Assembly (NCBI RefSeq): GCF_006345805.1 | Contig: NC_043010.1 | Location: forward strand, 48,670,001-48,734,000 | Direction: 5' to 3' | Source: Octopus sinensis | Taxonomy: Eukaryota | Length of the DNA stretch: 64,000 nt | In this document: positions 1-13,399 of the stretch, in pieces | How positions within the stretch are numbered: the first letter of the stretch is position 1 | Layout: every line of letters begins with the position of its first letter | The notes under the pieces: generated by a model | The model's database searches: none | The model's input: only the letters and a program-made list of their open reading frames with translations | What the model was told of the DNA's origin: nothing | Program-made: the position numbers and the translations under genes

Positions 1-95
1 CATTTATGTATTCCTGTATGTATCAGTCATGTATGTGTTCTATATATATATTATATATATATATATATGGAAAAATAAGTCAAGGTAGAAAATGC

Positions 96-153
<58 letters not shown>

Positions 154-286
154 ATATATATATCAAATTAAATACACAACCGAAAGAGCTACTTATAGTT
201 TCATGTTACTATTATACTTGAACAGGCATATTTATGAAATACGCCATGTATCTTAAAACAATCTTTCAGGCTTTGTTTATGTGTTT

Positions 287-713
287 CTCTTTTGCTCTTT
301 TACTCCTTTACTTGTTTCAGTCATTTGACTGCGGCCATGCTGGAGCACCGCCTTTAGTCAATCGAGCAAATCGACCCCAGGACTTATTCTTTGTAAGCCT
401 AGTACTTATTCGATCGGTCTATTTTGTCGAATCCCTCAGTTACGGGGACGTAAACACACCAGCACCGGTTGTCAAGTGATGTGGGGAGGGGGGACACAAA
501 CACAGACACACAAGCATATACACACACATACCTATATATATACATATATATGACGGGTTTCTTTCAGTTTCCGTCTACCAAATCCACTCACAAGGATTTG
601 GTCGGCCCGAGACTATAGTAGATGACACTTGCCCAAGGTGCCATACAGTGGGACTTAACCCGAAACCATTTGGCTCGTAAGAAAGCTACTTACCACACAG
701 CCACTTCTACGCC
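287..713 (-). mobile_element. tRNA-derived SINE, family A (head GGAGTGGCTGTGTGGTAAG..., internal microsatellite, 3' ...CAGCATGGCCGCAGTCAAATGACTGAAACAAG)
   Basis: Reverse complement matches the copies at 30281-30681 and 16729-17202 along its length; tRNA-like A/B-box head. Confidence 0.85.
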
Positions 714-1103
714 TATATATAATTGTTTTTTAAAAGAAGGACGCTGGACAATAAGAAAATAAGTAAAAACATGGAAAAAAACGTGAGGAAAGTTTGTGCA
801 AAAAATGTGAGATGGTTGTGAAAACATCTTAAAGAATTGGCTAAATGCCCATTAGATGAGGCAAAGAAGTGACCAGCAAGCCTTCAATATAAGCATATAG
901 AGTATTTATAAAGCTTGTATAAAATTCTTTATATATATATTGTTTGTCGTAATGAGTCTTACGGTGTGCGACTCCCTCTGTGCCATAGGTGCCTTCCATT
1001 ATTTGAATTAGGTTTCCAGATTGAAAGTAACTTCACCCTTTCTCTCATCAGTTTCGGTGAGCTGAAAAAAAGTTGTGGTCGCTGTCTACCTTCAAGCTTG
1101 CAG

Positions 1104-1196
<93 letters not shown>
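1104..1196. repeat. (TATC)n microsatellite
   Basis: Direct reading. Confidence 0.95.
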
Positions 1197-1391
1197 GCAT
1201 CTTCTGGGTTTCAGTTGCTAGAACTCCTCCATATTGGATTACTATGTGGTCTGCTAGCCGGGTACACTAGTGGAGATTTCCGTGACAGTTACATGTTTCT
1301 CTCAATCCATATATTACACTTCAAATTTATATATATATATATAAAGATATGTGTGTGTTAGTGTATGTGTGGGTGTGTGTTTGTGTGTGTG

Positions 1392-1427
<36 letters not shown>

Positions 1428-1676
1428 TAAAGTATACTGTTCCGTTATTAGTGGATCCAACAACAAATTTACTCCATCGAGCAAGAGATGAATATTTAAT
1501 AAACAGGGGATTTAAATGTGCGCTACTATAAACTTCATGCTCTGAGAGTACAATAGTCAGGTGAGTTAGTATAAAGTGCCGTGTATTATTCGTGTGCTAT
1601 TCTGCAACATTTCAGTCTCAAAATATTTTATTCTAAGCTTGAAAGATAACATATATGACCTCGCCCGACTACTGTA

Positions 1677-2905
1677 CACAGACATGATAGAAGTACATAG
1701 ACACCCCATAAAACATCGTTTTATGTTTATTCGAACTTCTAAAGGTTTATATTTTTTTTTATTAATTGACATTTTTTATGTTTCAGGTTCTATATGTGAT
1801 TGTTTAATTATGCCATGTACAAAAGAAGCCTTGGAACTGTCTGAATTTCAAAGAGGCTGTATTGTGGGTCATTCTGAAGGTGGACATAATCAGCGTAAAA
1901 TAGCTTTTTACTGCTAATAGAGTGATTGTGCAATTCACCAGAGAGGGGAAGGAGTTCACATCACCTCGCCCAGATTGACCAGGGCCCCTCTAACAGGACT
2001 CTTCTCTTTGCTAAGAGAAGTGAGGAGGATAATCCTCGTTGCAAGGCCTCTGACATAACAGAACAAGTTGATGTCAGTCCCAGAACAGCTGTCAGGTATC
2101 TCCACAAACTTGGTTACTATGGCAGAGCAGCAAGAAGGAAGCAACTTCTTCGGCCAATCAACCTCAAGCGGAGAAAAGATTGAGCCAGTGAGATGGTGGA
2201 GAAGCCACTACCATTTTGGGACACTGTCATATTCTCTGATGAGTCCAGATTTGCTGTATTTCCTGACAGTGGTCAAATGTGGGTTTGGAGACTATGTGAT
2301 CAAGAATTTGATGTGAAAAGATTGCAGTCAACAATGAAACACGGCAGCTGGTCTCTGATTGTCTGGGGAGTAATTTGGAGCTATGGTTGATCAGAGGTGG
2401 TGGAGTGTGAGGGAAATATAAACTCAGATAAATATGTGTCCATATTGCAGAAAGGACTCCTTCCAATCTTCTCCAGTGGTGAAATGATTTAAGAAGACTC
2501 TTTATTTATGAAAGATGGGGCTCCTTGTCATATGGCTAAAATGACCCAAGATTTGTTGGATGAGAATGGCATTAAAAAGCTTCTACGGCCATGCTAGTCA
2601 CCTGATATGAACTCTATTGAACAAGTCTGGGACATAGTGGACAAGATACTTCATGAAACATCAAGAAACCAGATCTTTTGAGATTACTGCATGAAACTTT
2701 GCAAGAAATTCCGCAAGAGAATATTCGTCTTCTGGTCAGTAACATGCATAATAGGGTCCTTGCATTGAAAACTGCAAAGGGTAATGTCTACTAAATATTA
2801 CATATTCACATTATAACAATTAATAAATAATTTGAATGTACAATTTCAGATTTAAATAAATTTTAATGATTTTAAGTTTGTCTATTTACTTCTGTCATGC
2901 CTATG
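1677..2905 (+). mobile_element. Full-length decayed Tc1-family transposon
   Basis: TIRs CACAGACATGATAGAAGTACATAGAC / GTCTATTTACTTCTGTCATGCCTATG with flanking TA at 1675-76 and 2906-07. Transposase remnant from ATG 1810 (MPCTKEALELSEFQRGCIVG...WDTVIFSDESRF...VWGVI...MKDGAPCH...SPDMNSIEQVW...TKY) with several stops and frameshifts. Confidence 0.92.
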
Positions 2906-2956
2906 TACACACACAATAGCAATAATCCTCGGATGAAATTTATAAACGTTTAATGC

Positions 2957-4060
2957 ATCGCTACGCGCGTTTCCACAATTCACAATTCGTATTCCTGAGA
3001 TGATTATAGCGTAGTCCGTAGTATCTGTGGGCATTCGGTTGATTATCATCATTGATTCATTTCTTGATGTACAACAGAGGGATGCTTATCCTTTTTTACC
3101 AGTATGACGGTCAAGCGAGTTCTGTGGGTATTTCCCTGTGCTTGATGGGGAAGAGGGGAGGCGATGGAAATAGAGGAAGGAGTGGTAGTTATATGGGTAT
3201 GGAAGTGTGTTTGGTGGTGTTGGATTTATTTTGCTATTCATTCAGCAGATGTTAAGGATGGGTAGTAATTTTTTTCCTTTAATTTCATTAAAGGCCTGAT
3301 TATCTTCAATAAATTCTGAACTCATCAGGTCATCGGGTACTGTTAGTATATTTGTCAGTGGGGTTTGTTGACTGAATTGATAAATGCTACCTTCTAATGG
3401 TGATCATGGACCTTTTCATTGTTTCTGTTGATATAGTGTATAACATCTCAATGGTTTGTTTATTTGTTTGAGTTCCTTCGCTGTTTTATGTTATTTCGTT
3501 TTAAAATACCTTTTTCAAACTCCAGAAATGATGTTTTGTTTTTATGTTTACATGATATGATGACCTCAGAGTACCTGTTTATCAGGTTTTCCATGGATGC
3601 GATTATTTCTAGTGTTTTTTCTAGGCATAGGATGCATAACCATGTTGTTCTGTTATATGGGGCACCACTTTTTTATATTGGACAAGTGGGTCGTATATTC
3701 CACTCCATTCTATTTGCGTCTCCAGACTAAATTCGATAGAGATGTGGAGTGTCTTTCATTTATATTCAAAAATGATGAGAGATGGTTTCACAGACGATTT
3801 TTCATGGTGTCTCCGGTGCCACTAATGTACACATACTTCTGCATAGCTGTCTTCACCTCATATTTGTACACTACATTCCTTATCATGCAATTGTTGTTAA
3901 ACCTGCATTCCTCTTTACGTTTGAAGTTACACATGATATTAATATTTTGTTTCTCTCCGTGGAGTTATTATTGGTGGTCCTCTTTCTTCTTCCTCCTGAA
4001 ACCGTGCACTCATTTTCCATATGCATGGATTATACCTTCAATTGTGTGATGTTTGGGTCC
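2957..4060 (-). mobile_element. Penelope-like element relic: GIY-YIG endonuclease C-terminal region plus downstream pLTR-like region
   Basis: Minus-strand translation across frameshifts: CNFKRKEECRFNNNCMIRNVV...NHLSSF...STSLSNLVW...CILCLEK...SEVIISCKHK, matching the PLE pattern CNC..K..CP..G.CL..NVVY...STELSKYIW...C.LCL.EK. Confidence 0.75.
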
Positions 4061-4184
4061 GTTTTTTTTTGCTATTAATGAGCTTTTATTACCTCTATTT
4101 GCCCCCATTCTATTGCCGCATATAGTGTTATTAGCTGCGGTTGGTTCGTATTTCCCCTGTAGTTTTATTCTATTTAGTTTTTTA

Positions 4185-4467
4185 GACGAATGCTGCCGTT
4201 GATTAGCTCCAAGAGGCCATCGCCTCTAGCTAGCTATGTGACACACAAAACTGTGTCCATTACAGACAGTCAACAGCGATGCCTGTTGGGTTCGACTACT
4301 CCACATCGATAAACGGCAAATACCTTGAAACTACTCTGTGGATGTCTGAATCAGCATGGGGAAGCTGATGACTTCTCCTGTTCGAAGGTTGTAATGGAGA
4401 CAGGTTTGTGTCACATAGCTAGCTAGAGGCGATGGCTTCTTGGAGCTAATCAACGGCAGCATTCGTC
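4185..4467. mobile_element. 283-bp MITE-like fold-back element with ~78-bp terminal inverted repeats
   Basis: GACGAATGCTGCCGTTGATTAGCTCCAAGAGGCCATCGCCTCTAGCTAGCTATGTGACAC... at 4185 is mirrored at the 4467 end with few differences. Confidence 0.85.
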
Positions 4468-4519
4468 CTTTTTTTCTGGACTGCCATGTTAGCTTGATGA
4501 TAACTATTAATATATATAT

Positions 4520-4550
<31 letters not shown>

Positions 4551-4595
4551 TGATAGTTATCGCCAAGCTAGCATGGCAATCCAGAAAAATAGGAC

Positions 4596-4645
<50 letters not shown>

Positions 4646-5294
4646 ACGGAATTGTAACAAAAAGAGAAATAAAATTTTTATATAGCATTTAAATGTTGAA
4701 GGATACTTCTGAAGCAGCCTGTAAGTGCCTTTCAATTTACGAGGATAACTCAATTGTCCTCCATATTGGAAGAAATGTCGAAAAATCGATTGGTTAAATG
4801 ATATAAACTGCAATCATGACATTTGTAATATTTATTAGACGTGTGTATATTTTATACGTACATCCATTATACGGTTTGTTTTATTTCGTAAACTAGAAGC
4901 ATTTGGTAAATTTTTGCAATAGACGTTTTTACTAATATGTTACGCCTGATGAATTTTAATTAAAGAAGAGAATGTTAGCGTGTAGTTCTCTGAGCCAATA
5001 TATCATGCATGTATGTAACTAGTATGTGAATATATATATGTGAGTGTATGTATGTGTGTGTATATGTGCGTGTGTGAAAGAGAGACAGAGAGAGAGAGAA
5101 AAACTAGGGGATGTCAAAGGCAAAAAGAGTGAGAGGGAGTAAAACAAAAAAGAAACCGGCACAAAAATTGGAAGAGATTATAACGCGACAGTGTGTCGGC
5201 TTGTGCAGGCGACTGATTGATTGATTTATTTATCGATTAAAGTAATGGGGGGGGGTAAGGAGGGAGAGAGAATAAGGAAAGAAAAGATTGGTGT

Positions 5295-5565
5295 GTGTGT
5301 GCATGCGCATGTGTATGTGTTTGTGTATGTGTGTGTGTGTGTGTGTGTGTTTGTTTGTGGCTGAGTGACAGATCTATCGAGAAAGAAAGAAAATGTAAAA
5401 GAAAGAGAATTGATTTAGTGGCACTTAAACGGAATGGGAGCGAGTGTATACACACACATACACAAAAACATATATGTACAATTATATAAATAATACATGC
5501 ATACATACATACATATATATATATAATTATATATATATATATAAATATATGTTTGTGCATATATA

Positions 5566-5609
<44 letters not shown>

Positions 5610-6067
5610 ATACATATAAATGTATGTATGCATGTATGTGTACATGTATATATTTGTGTGTGTTTGTGTGTGTGTGTAAGAAAGGAACCAAGAATATGTA
5701 TAGAATGTGTGAACTAGAGACACACTATGTAAATTAGAAAGAAATAAAATGCAAAACAGAGAAAAGAGATCTTAAACAAAAATTGTTTATAGATGAAGCA
5801 AGGACGTTTAGCAACACACACGCACACACACACACACACACACACTCACACACACTCACTCACACACTCACTCACACACACGCACACACAACGTACACAC
5901 ACACACACACACTCACTCACACACTTGCTCGCTCACTCACTCACACATATACACATATGCATATGTATATAAATACGCATGCGTGTAAATGTATATACAT
6001 GTTTATGGGTGCATATATACATACATACACACACACACACACATACACACACACGCACACACACACA

Positions 6068-6120
<53 letters not shown>

Positions 6121-6145
6121 CAGACATACATACGTGTATATATAT
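5295..6145. repeat. Compound microsatellite tract (GT)n/(TA)n/(CA)n/(CACT)n
   Basis: Direct reading. Confidence 0.9.
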
Positions 6146-6962
6146 ATATCTGTATATGACGGTTCAGTTATATAAAAATGTAGTCGAACGTTAAATGAAT
6201 GATCACTTAATACAATTAATCAGAGAACCATATTTGTTTAATTTTACTAGGGAATGGGGGACAGTCAGCTTCCTTTCATTAGCCTTTGCCACACTGTAAA
6301 GTTTTGTAGGTTTCCAAGCTTTTAATACATTTTTGGTTTATCTTGTTTGTTGGGCTTCGTAACTCTAAAAAATGTTTTAAACTCTTTTCTTCTTATAATA
6401 TTCTTGGATTGATCTTTCAGAGAATATAATTTTTCTTTGAAATGAGCCAGCATACAAGCCTAATATCTCATACATATGGTTACATATCTGCTTGAAATAT
6501 CTCATGCAATAAAACAAAACCAATATCTAATTTCCTCCACAAAATATAACCATATGTAGCAAATGTTAACCATCTCCTTTGAACAAAGTTCATGGCTTTG
6601 TTGAGCATAACTCAACCAGAACAATGTTTGCTTATGTGCTTCTTTTATTCCACCACCTTGTACATGTTCACCTTCCTCTTTTGTTTTCCATCATCTCCTC
6701 ACCTAACTTTATTCCGTTTTTATATCTCTCCCCATATCTTATTTCTGCTCAGTAAATTAAACTACTCGTAAGATGCTTCATTATATGGCACAAGAATAAA
6801 CTATTAAAACATATACAATAAAAACCACTAGGCCACACCCTTACCATGAACCAAACAATATATAATATGCTAGGGAAACCAAACAGAACGAAGACATTTG
6901 AACTGAAGCTTAGAAGCCAGTGTCAAAGTTTTCCCTTCAATATGTACGTACATACATACATA

Positions 6963-7002
<40 letters not shown>

Positions 7003-7580
7003 ATGGATGAATGTCAGTTCATTACAACTATTTCTAACACATGTTTAATAAATAAATAAATGAGTATATTACATCATAGCAAAAGACCGTTTTCATCAGA
7101 TGTGTTTCCAACTATAGAAGTAAAATCTATGACCACAGTAGGAACACGCCTAGACTCAATCCGAAGCTGGCCTGGAATGAGAGAACAAACATATGCCTAT
7201 AATGACCAATAAAAGAGCTAGAAAGGCACTAAATATTTAGTTAGTGGGTAGAGGTAAGTGAAGATTTATAGCCTCCATACCGGTTAGTGAGCATATTGGG
7301 GATATCAGGCGGTGGGAGGGGAATATAAGTTGCAGTTAAATAGTCTGGTTCCTTAATAAAACCTAAAGGTGAAGTATAATTAATTATATATGTATCTGTA
7401 TGCTATTCACTTTATTACACTATGATTAATGGAAAAATTAATTAATACTGAAACGGACCATCGAAAACAAGGCGAACGTATTGCTGGTAGGGTTTTCGCT
7501 AGAAAAGTGGTGTTGAAGCAATTACTGAGATAAAGGTTGGAACGTTTATATTTTAATTATATTTTCTGTATCCTTTTCAT

Positions 7581-7613
7581 GCCGTCATTTCTGATGGCAC
7601 GGGTACACTAGTA
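7581..7613 (-). mobile_element. Helitron-like (Lep1-type) 5' terminal motif ACTAGTGTACCCGTGCCATCAGAAATGACGGC
   Basis: Similar to the minus-strand motif ACTAGCTGGCCCCGTGCCGTCAAAAAATGACGGC near 61570-61602 and to the ACTAGC...CCCGG starts at 39984 and 53460. Confidence 0.45.
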
Positions 7614-8566
7614 ATTAAAATAGTACGGATAAATCTAATACTAAAATTTGGCTAATGATCTCTTTTGCTATTCAAATTAAAAGTAATTTAGTAAAATCTA
7701 TTTTTACGATTAATAATAAACATTTTAATATTAATAACAGATATGAAATAATAAATAATAAAACTATCAATATTGGATATTGTTTAACCCATAACTTAGC
7801 TACTATTATATCTTCCATAAACAATAACAAAATTTTTATGCATTTTTATATGTATAAATATTTGAACGTATTTATATTGATATATGGATTCAAAAATATA
7901 TATAAATTTAACTATAATTCTATCCGTTTTTATTTTTACTTGCGAATTTATAAACCCTTATTACTTAAATTTTATAAACATATTTACCCTAATATTAATA
8001 TGATACTTAAATACAAGGTTAATTACTATATATTGTTTATCTCTATACATTTTAATGATTACCCAGAGTACATTGTTATATTTTATATTTATTTCTCTAA
8101 ACACACTTTCTTTCCCTCTTTTATAAGCTCTATACTGATTTTTCTATAAAACAACACTCAGTTATTCTCCGTACACTTAACACGTAAAAGCATAAAGATG
8201 TAATGGTATGTCTTTTTTCTACCTCCGACGAGACTCAACTTTATAATGATTTAATTATTTTGATTAAAAATTTCAAAGTCTGAATCGAAGCAGCTGTTAG
8301 GGATTATGTCTATTTTTGTAATTAATAAATATAATTTTTATTATACATGTATACATTTTTAGATTATACGCATATGTATCATATATTCAAATGACTTCGC
8401 ACAGTTTCCGTTTAGCTAATTCCACTCACAAGACATTGGTTAATCTGTAGGTATGGTAGAACGTACTAACTACCAATTCAGGTTGACGTTGACGAGAGGC
8501 GATCTGAGATGCCACAAACCTGTGGTTGTGACGCAAATATTTTAACCATACATCTGTACCTGTATA

Positions 8567-8727
8567 CAGATAGATAGGTAGATAGATAGACAGACAGACA
8601 GACTGGCAGGTAGGTAGGTAGGTAGGTAGGTAGGTAGGTTGGTAGGTAGGTAGATAGATTGACAGACAGACCGACAGACAGACAGATAGATATTGATAGA
8701 TAGATATATAGATAGATAGATAGACAG
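8567..8727. repeat. Compound (TAGA)/(CAGA)/(TAGG) microsatellite
   Basis: Direct reading. Confidence 0.9.
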
Positions 8728-9101
8728 AAAGATATCTTGATTGAAAAGAAGATAGGCAAGAAGCAATCACCAGCGTTTTCTTTCAGTTTTCATCCATCAT
8801 TTTTCACCCCCAGTGCAGTTATCATCCGCCATTTTTGTTCATTACCAACAAGACTGTAGTTTGTCTAGTTATGTAACATTTTATCTTTCGAATAACGGTT
8901 ATGTCCTCATCTTCCCTCTTTTCTTGCTTGCTTCCTTTCTTACTTCCTCTAATTTATTATTTTACAGTATTGTTATTTTTTGTCTCGCTTATAATCGGTT
9001 TTTCTCTTCAATTTTGAATTGATTACGTGACGTGTCACCGTATTTCCTGGTTTAACTTACGCATTGATGAATCCCCACACTGAAAAGGAAAGACTTATTA
9101 C

Positions 9102-9149
<48 letters not shown>

Positions 9150-9467
9150 GATTATTATTATTATTATTATTAATGTATTTTTATTTATTTTGAAAGAAAA
9201 CTGTTTGCAAACAATTTTCTAAAATGGTTTCTTTATTCGTATCTCTTCCTTTGTTATTCAATCCATGTCTCCGCAACATCAACGAACCTTCTAGATGTAT
9301 GAGAACCAGAACTTTTCAATATTCTCTGCATGTCCATAAGAAAATGATTATTCTTTAATATAATACTGAGCAAAAATGTGAACAGAAAAAGGGTTTTCCG
9401 TATTTACTTACAAATATTCTATTCCAAAATCGCAACTAATAGAAATATAATGCTGGAATTCTAATTC

Positions 9468-9575
<108 letters not shown>

Positions 9576-9614
9576 TGTGTGTGTATGTTTATGTGTGTGT
9601 GTATTTATGTGTGT

Positions 9615-10217
9615 ACTTCAGGTTGACTCAAACATTTCTTTCGGGTTTTCAATGATGGCTTTTGGCAACTTGTATCTCCATTTTGTAACATTGATTTGAT
9701 ACATGTCCAATCGTTACTGATTTGTTTAGCTTTTATTTACATATATAACATTGTCTATTCTTAATTTTGGGGCTATAATAATGAGTGCAGAAGAAATTGC
9801 AATTAGAGCCATTTTACGTTACCTGTGGAAAAATGAACAGAATGAAAGGGCAGCGGCAAAAGAAATTAGTGATGTGGAAGGCCCTGGAACTGTTAACAAA
9901 CATGTGGCACAAAACTGGCTCAGACATTTCAAGAAAGGTGACACTAGTCTCGAAGACAAACCAAGCTCAGGAAGACCTGTTATGGTAGATGAGGCCTTGC
10001 TTCAAATTGTTGAACAAAAGCCAAGCACAAGCACACGTACATTGTCAGCAGAACTTGGTCCTTCACAAAGTACCATCAATCGACACATCCATAACCTCGC
10101 TGTCGAGAAGCTCCTCTTGGACTGACCGATATCCAGGCTCAACGATGTGTGAAAATTTGCAAACATCTTCTGGCAAATTCTCGAGATGACTGTTTTTGTC
10201 GTCAAGTTGTCACTGGG
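9615..10217 (+). mobile_element. mariner transposon 5' half (N-terminal HTH up to the VTG motif)
   Basis: From 9781: MSAEEIAIRAILRYLW...AAAKEI..VEG..TV....AQNWLRHFKKGDTSLEDKPSSGRP...ELGPSQSTINRHIHNL; after a frameshift QRCVKICKHLL...RQVVTG. Confidence 0.88.
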
Positions 10218-10427
10218 TATTCACAGGTCACTCTATCTTTGTTCGTAACACTTTCGTATAATATATTGAGTCATCCCATAAATAATGCAGTTTTTTTTCA
10301 ATTGCATGAACTAAAAGTTGGAAGGAGACGGGATAAAAACAGGTAGTAATTTTACCTTGTCCTTATTCTTAGTGTAAGTTTTGAAGAATGCAGTTAGATT
10401 TTAACAGTTATTTTTTTCAAAGCTATA

Positions 10428-10713
10428 ATGAAAGTGACAAAGGAGCATATTCGGCATATTTTGCTTAATGAGTTCAATAAGGCAACAACACAACGGAAAG
10501 TGCGAGGAATATTAATGCATTACATGGGGATCGGACAATAACCAGTGTCAACTGTGGTTTCAGAAATTCAGACCCGGAAACTACAATCTAGAAGACGAGC
10601 CTCGTCCTGGAAGATCTACAGAGCTCGATGAGGACGTCCTGGAAACATTGATAGAACGAAATCCCACCGTAAATGTTGAGGAACTAGCAGAGAAATTATA
10701 GGTTACATTGGTA
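10428..10713 (+). mobile_element. Second mariner N-terminal fragment (different lineage)
   Basis: MKVTKEHIRHILLNEFNK.NNTTESARNINALHG...WFQKFRPGNYNLEDEPRPGRSTELDEDVL...NPTVNVEELAEKL, with frameshifts. Confidence 0.85.
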
Positions 10714-11499
10714 TCTCTAGCGGTTGCAAGCCCTAACAAGTAGCCATTGGCTATTTTTGTAGCAGAAACGATAATGGATTTAATATATATATATAATAAA
10801 AAAAAGCAAAAAGAAAGCAGAATTACTGAAAGACTATTTTCTTGTAATATTCCCTTCCAAATATCAGATCAGAAACGGCCTTTCCATTTTCATGTGAAAG
10901 CATAAAAATTATTGCTTAGGTGTTCGTGAATCTCTCAAAGATAACAACACTAAGGCAGTAGACACTTTTACACAGTGCAGAAATTTCAGAAACAATGAGA
11001 GGCAAACGAAGTCGAAAGCTTTCTTATAATCAAACCATACTGTCCCAAAGTTTCGTGTGTTGTTTTCTTATTTTGGACAGCACTGCTTTGTTCATCAAAA
11101 GTTGTTTTGTACATCACCATACTCTCTCCTTTTCACTGCCTACTCATCAGTCATAATGTTGTTGGGCTGTGTACTGCATTATATATTGCGAGTATATGAT
11201 TTTATATTTACACACACAAATATGGTGTATGTATATATGTATGTGCGTTTATACACACACACACACGTGAAAATATATATGAATGTATATATTGTATTTT
11301 GAAATAATAGCATGAAATTCAATATCAAAAAAATTTCTCACGAAGATATATTTGTCTTAAGCAGTATTGCATTACAAATATATATAAATATATGAAACAT
11401 GACAGCTTAAAAATTTGTTCATTAATGCATCATGGATGACCAAGATTTAACAAGGATATATATATATATATATATACACACAAACTCGAAATTTTCTTA

Positions 11500-12090
11500 T
11501 CAAAGTCTATCTGCATAAATCAAAACCAGTCATGGATTACTATGAACTTACCAAGGATGAAAATACAAACTTTAACTTTTATTACCAAAGTCGACCAGCA
11601 TAAATCTAAACCAATGAATTAAATGGTCCTGGTTCATATCAGACATTACATTGAATATGGCGGCCTTCAAAGAATCCTTGGTGTTATGGGGAGGTTGATT
11701 GACCTCTCTCTCAGCAACACTCCACACATAGTAGTTTAATGGATTGGGTGAGTTTGGAGACCAAATGTTTGTGGTTAAGTGGTTATGAAAATTGTCAGCC
11801 ACCCATTCTTGGATTGCTTGAGCCTTACTTGATGGTGTAGAGTCCTTTATTTATCCAGGGCTTGACAACTGTTTCCATGACCATAATGTAACCAGTAGTG
11901 TTAACTCTAGGGCCTTGTGGAAAGAAGTGAGGAGGTATCACATGTACTTCATTACTGACAACTTCAAAGGCTATGACAGTTGCAGGAAATTTTATGTGCA
12001 TGACTGCTGGTACTTCAGAAGGGTCTGAACACGAACATCTACCATTGTTTCTGATAATATTCTGGTCCTGATCAAAGTTTTTCTCTTTTG
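11500..12090 (-). mobile_element. DD37D (maT-like) Tc1/mariner transposase relic
   Basis: EKNFDQDQ...DPSEVP.VMH.KFPATV...VVSNE.HV.PPHFFPQG.RVN...ETVVKPWI...WSPNSPNPLNYYVWSVAEREVN..PHNTKDSLKAAI. Confidence 0.82.
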
Positions 12091-12099
12091 CCGAAGCGT

Positions 12100-12370
12100 T
12101 GAATTATGGAGACGTAAACAAACCAACGTCGGTAGGGAGGAGCAAACATAAATACAAACAAACGCAACACATACACATATATTTACACGCTCATCCACAC
12201 GCGCATGGACGGGCTTCCACACAGTTTTCGTCTACCAAATCTACTCACAAATCATTGATCGGCTCTTGGCTATAGCAGAAGACACTTGTCCAACGTACCG
12301 CGCAATGAGGCTGAACCCGAAACCATGCGGTTGCCAAAGCGAACTTCTTAACCCCACAACCATGCCTTTA
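12100..12370 (-). mobile_element. SINE family A, decayed copy
   Basis: GACGGGCTTCC..CAGTTTTCGTCTACCAAAT...GAAGACACTTGTCCAA matches the family A body. Confidence 0.7.
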
Positions 12371-13399
12371 CCCATATATCCTATTTTACTAATCCGAACA
12401 AAAGTACCTTGAGGGCCAGAGTAAAAGACTTTTTAATTGTAGGCTACAATAAACAGTAGATCCCAGAATGTTGGCCATCATTGTTTCCGCGAGGGAAAAT
12501 CGAAAAGAAAAAAAAATGGAAAAAGAAGAAACAGGTTTCATTATCAAAAACATCTGATTTAACAATGTGTTTTTGATGCTGCCACATCGATAGTTCTATG
12601 CAATAAATCATTTGGAAAAAACAAAACGAATTTGAAAACAAAAAAAAAATGTCGTTTGAAATACTTCGCTAATAATGATGAATGAACACATACTCTAAAT
12701 AATTATATTTGCGAATATTAGTTATCTAATGACTGTGGTGGATAGTCAACGTACAAATTACATTTCTCTGTGTTTCAAACATGTCAATAAACTTACAGAT
12801 GGGAGGAATGTATGAATTTTTTATAAAGTTATAACAACAAAAGTCCCAACGATGAAAGATAAATTTAATAATTGAAAATATAATGCAAGTGATCCAATAG
12901 GCAGGTATGAAAAAAAGGTCTCTGCATAGATATGCTTTAGCTTCATTGCTAACGAGAAAGAAGAAAGATGAATGCGCTGATTCTTACCTGATGAAATAAA
13001 TGGAAGCTGAACGAAAGTATAGGTGTACGCTTCTTGAACCCGTAAATGAATTTTGGGGAAATTTTGGTTGAACGAAGCCATAATTTTTTTATAGCCAGTT
13101 AGGAAACTGCGGGATCATCCCATAATGATAGTTACTTGAGATTATTTATTTGACCGTCTATGGACCAAAAGAGACATACTCCATAAAGTCAGAAACAGCA
13201 TACGAGTTTATTAATCTAATCAGCATTAACATGTACAGTATATATGCGACCAAGGAGTACAGTTACTATTCCATTTGAATTGAGCATCCTCCCGGTATGT
13301 GTGCCAAGAGGATTTCTTTACATGCATTTTACTCTTTATGGAACATATGCTAAACAACTTCTCTAATGCGTGTATTATTTTGTTAAGGAAGACTGTATT

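Noticed and set aside
4376-4400. CTGATGA-CTTC...GAAG in the loop of the 4185 fold-back
   Set aside because: The GAAA core half is absent; not a hammerhead.
7655-8149. Mitochondrial insertion (NUMT) as the explanation of the AT-rich ORF
   Set aside because: I recognise no mitochondrial protein, rRNA or tRNA motif; left open as an unexplained ORF.
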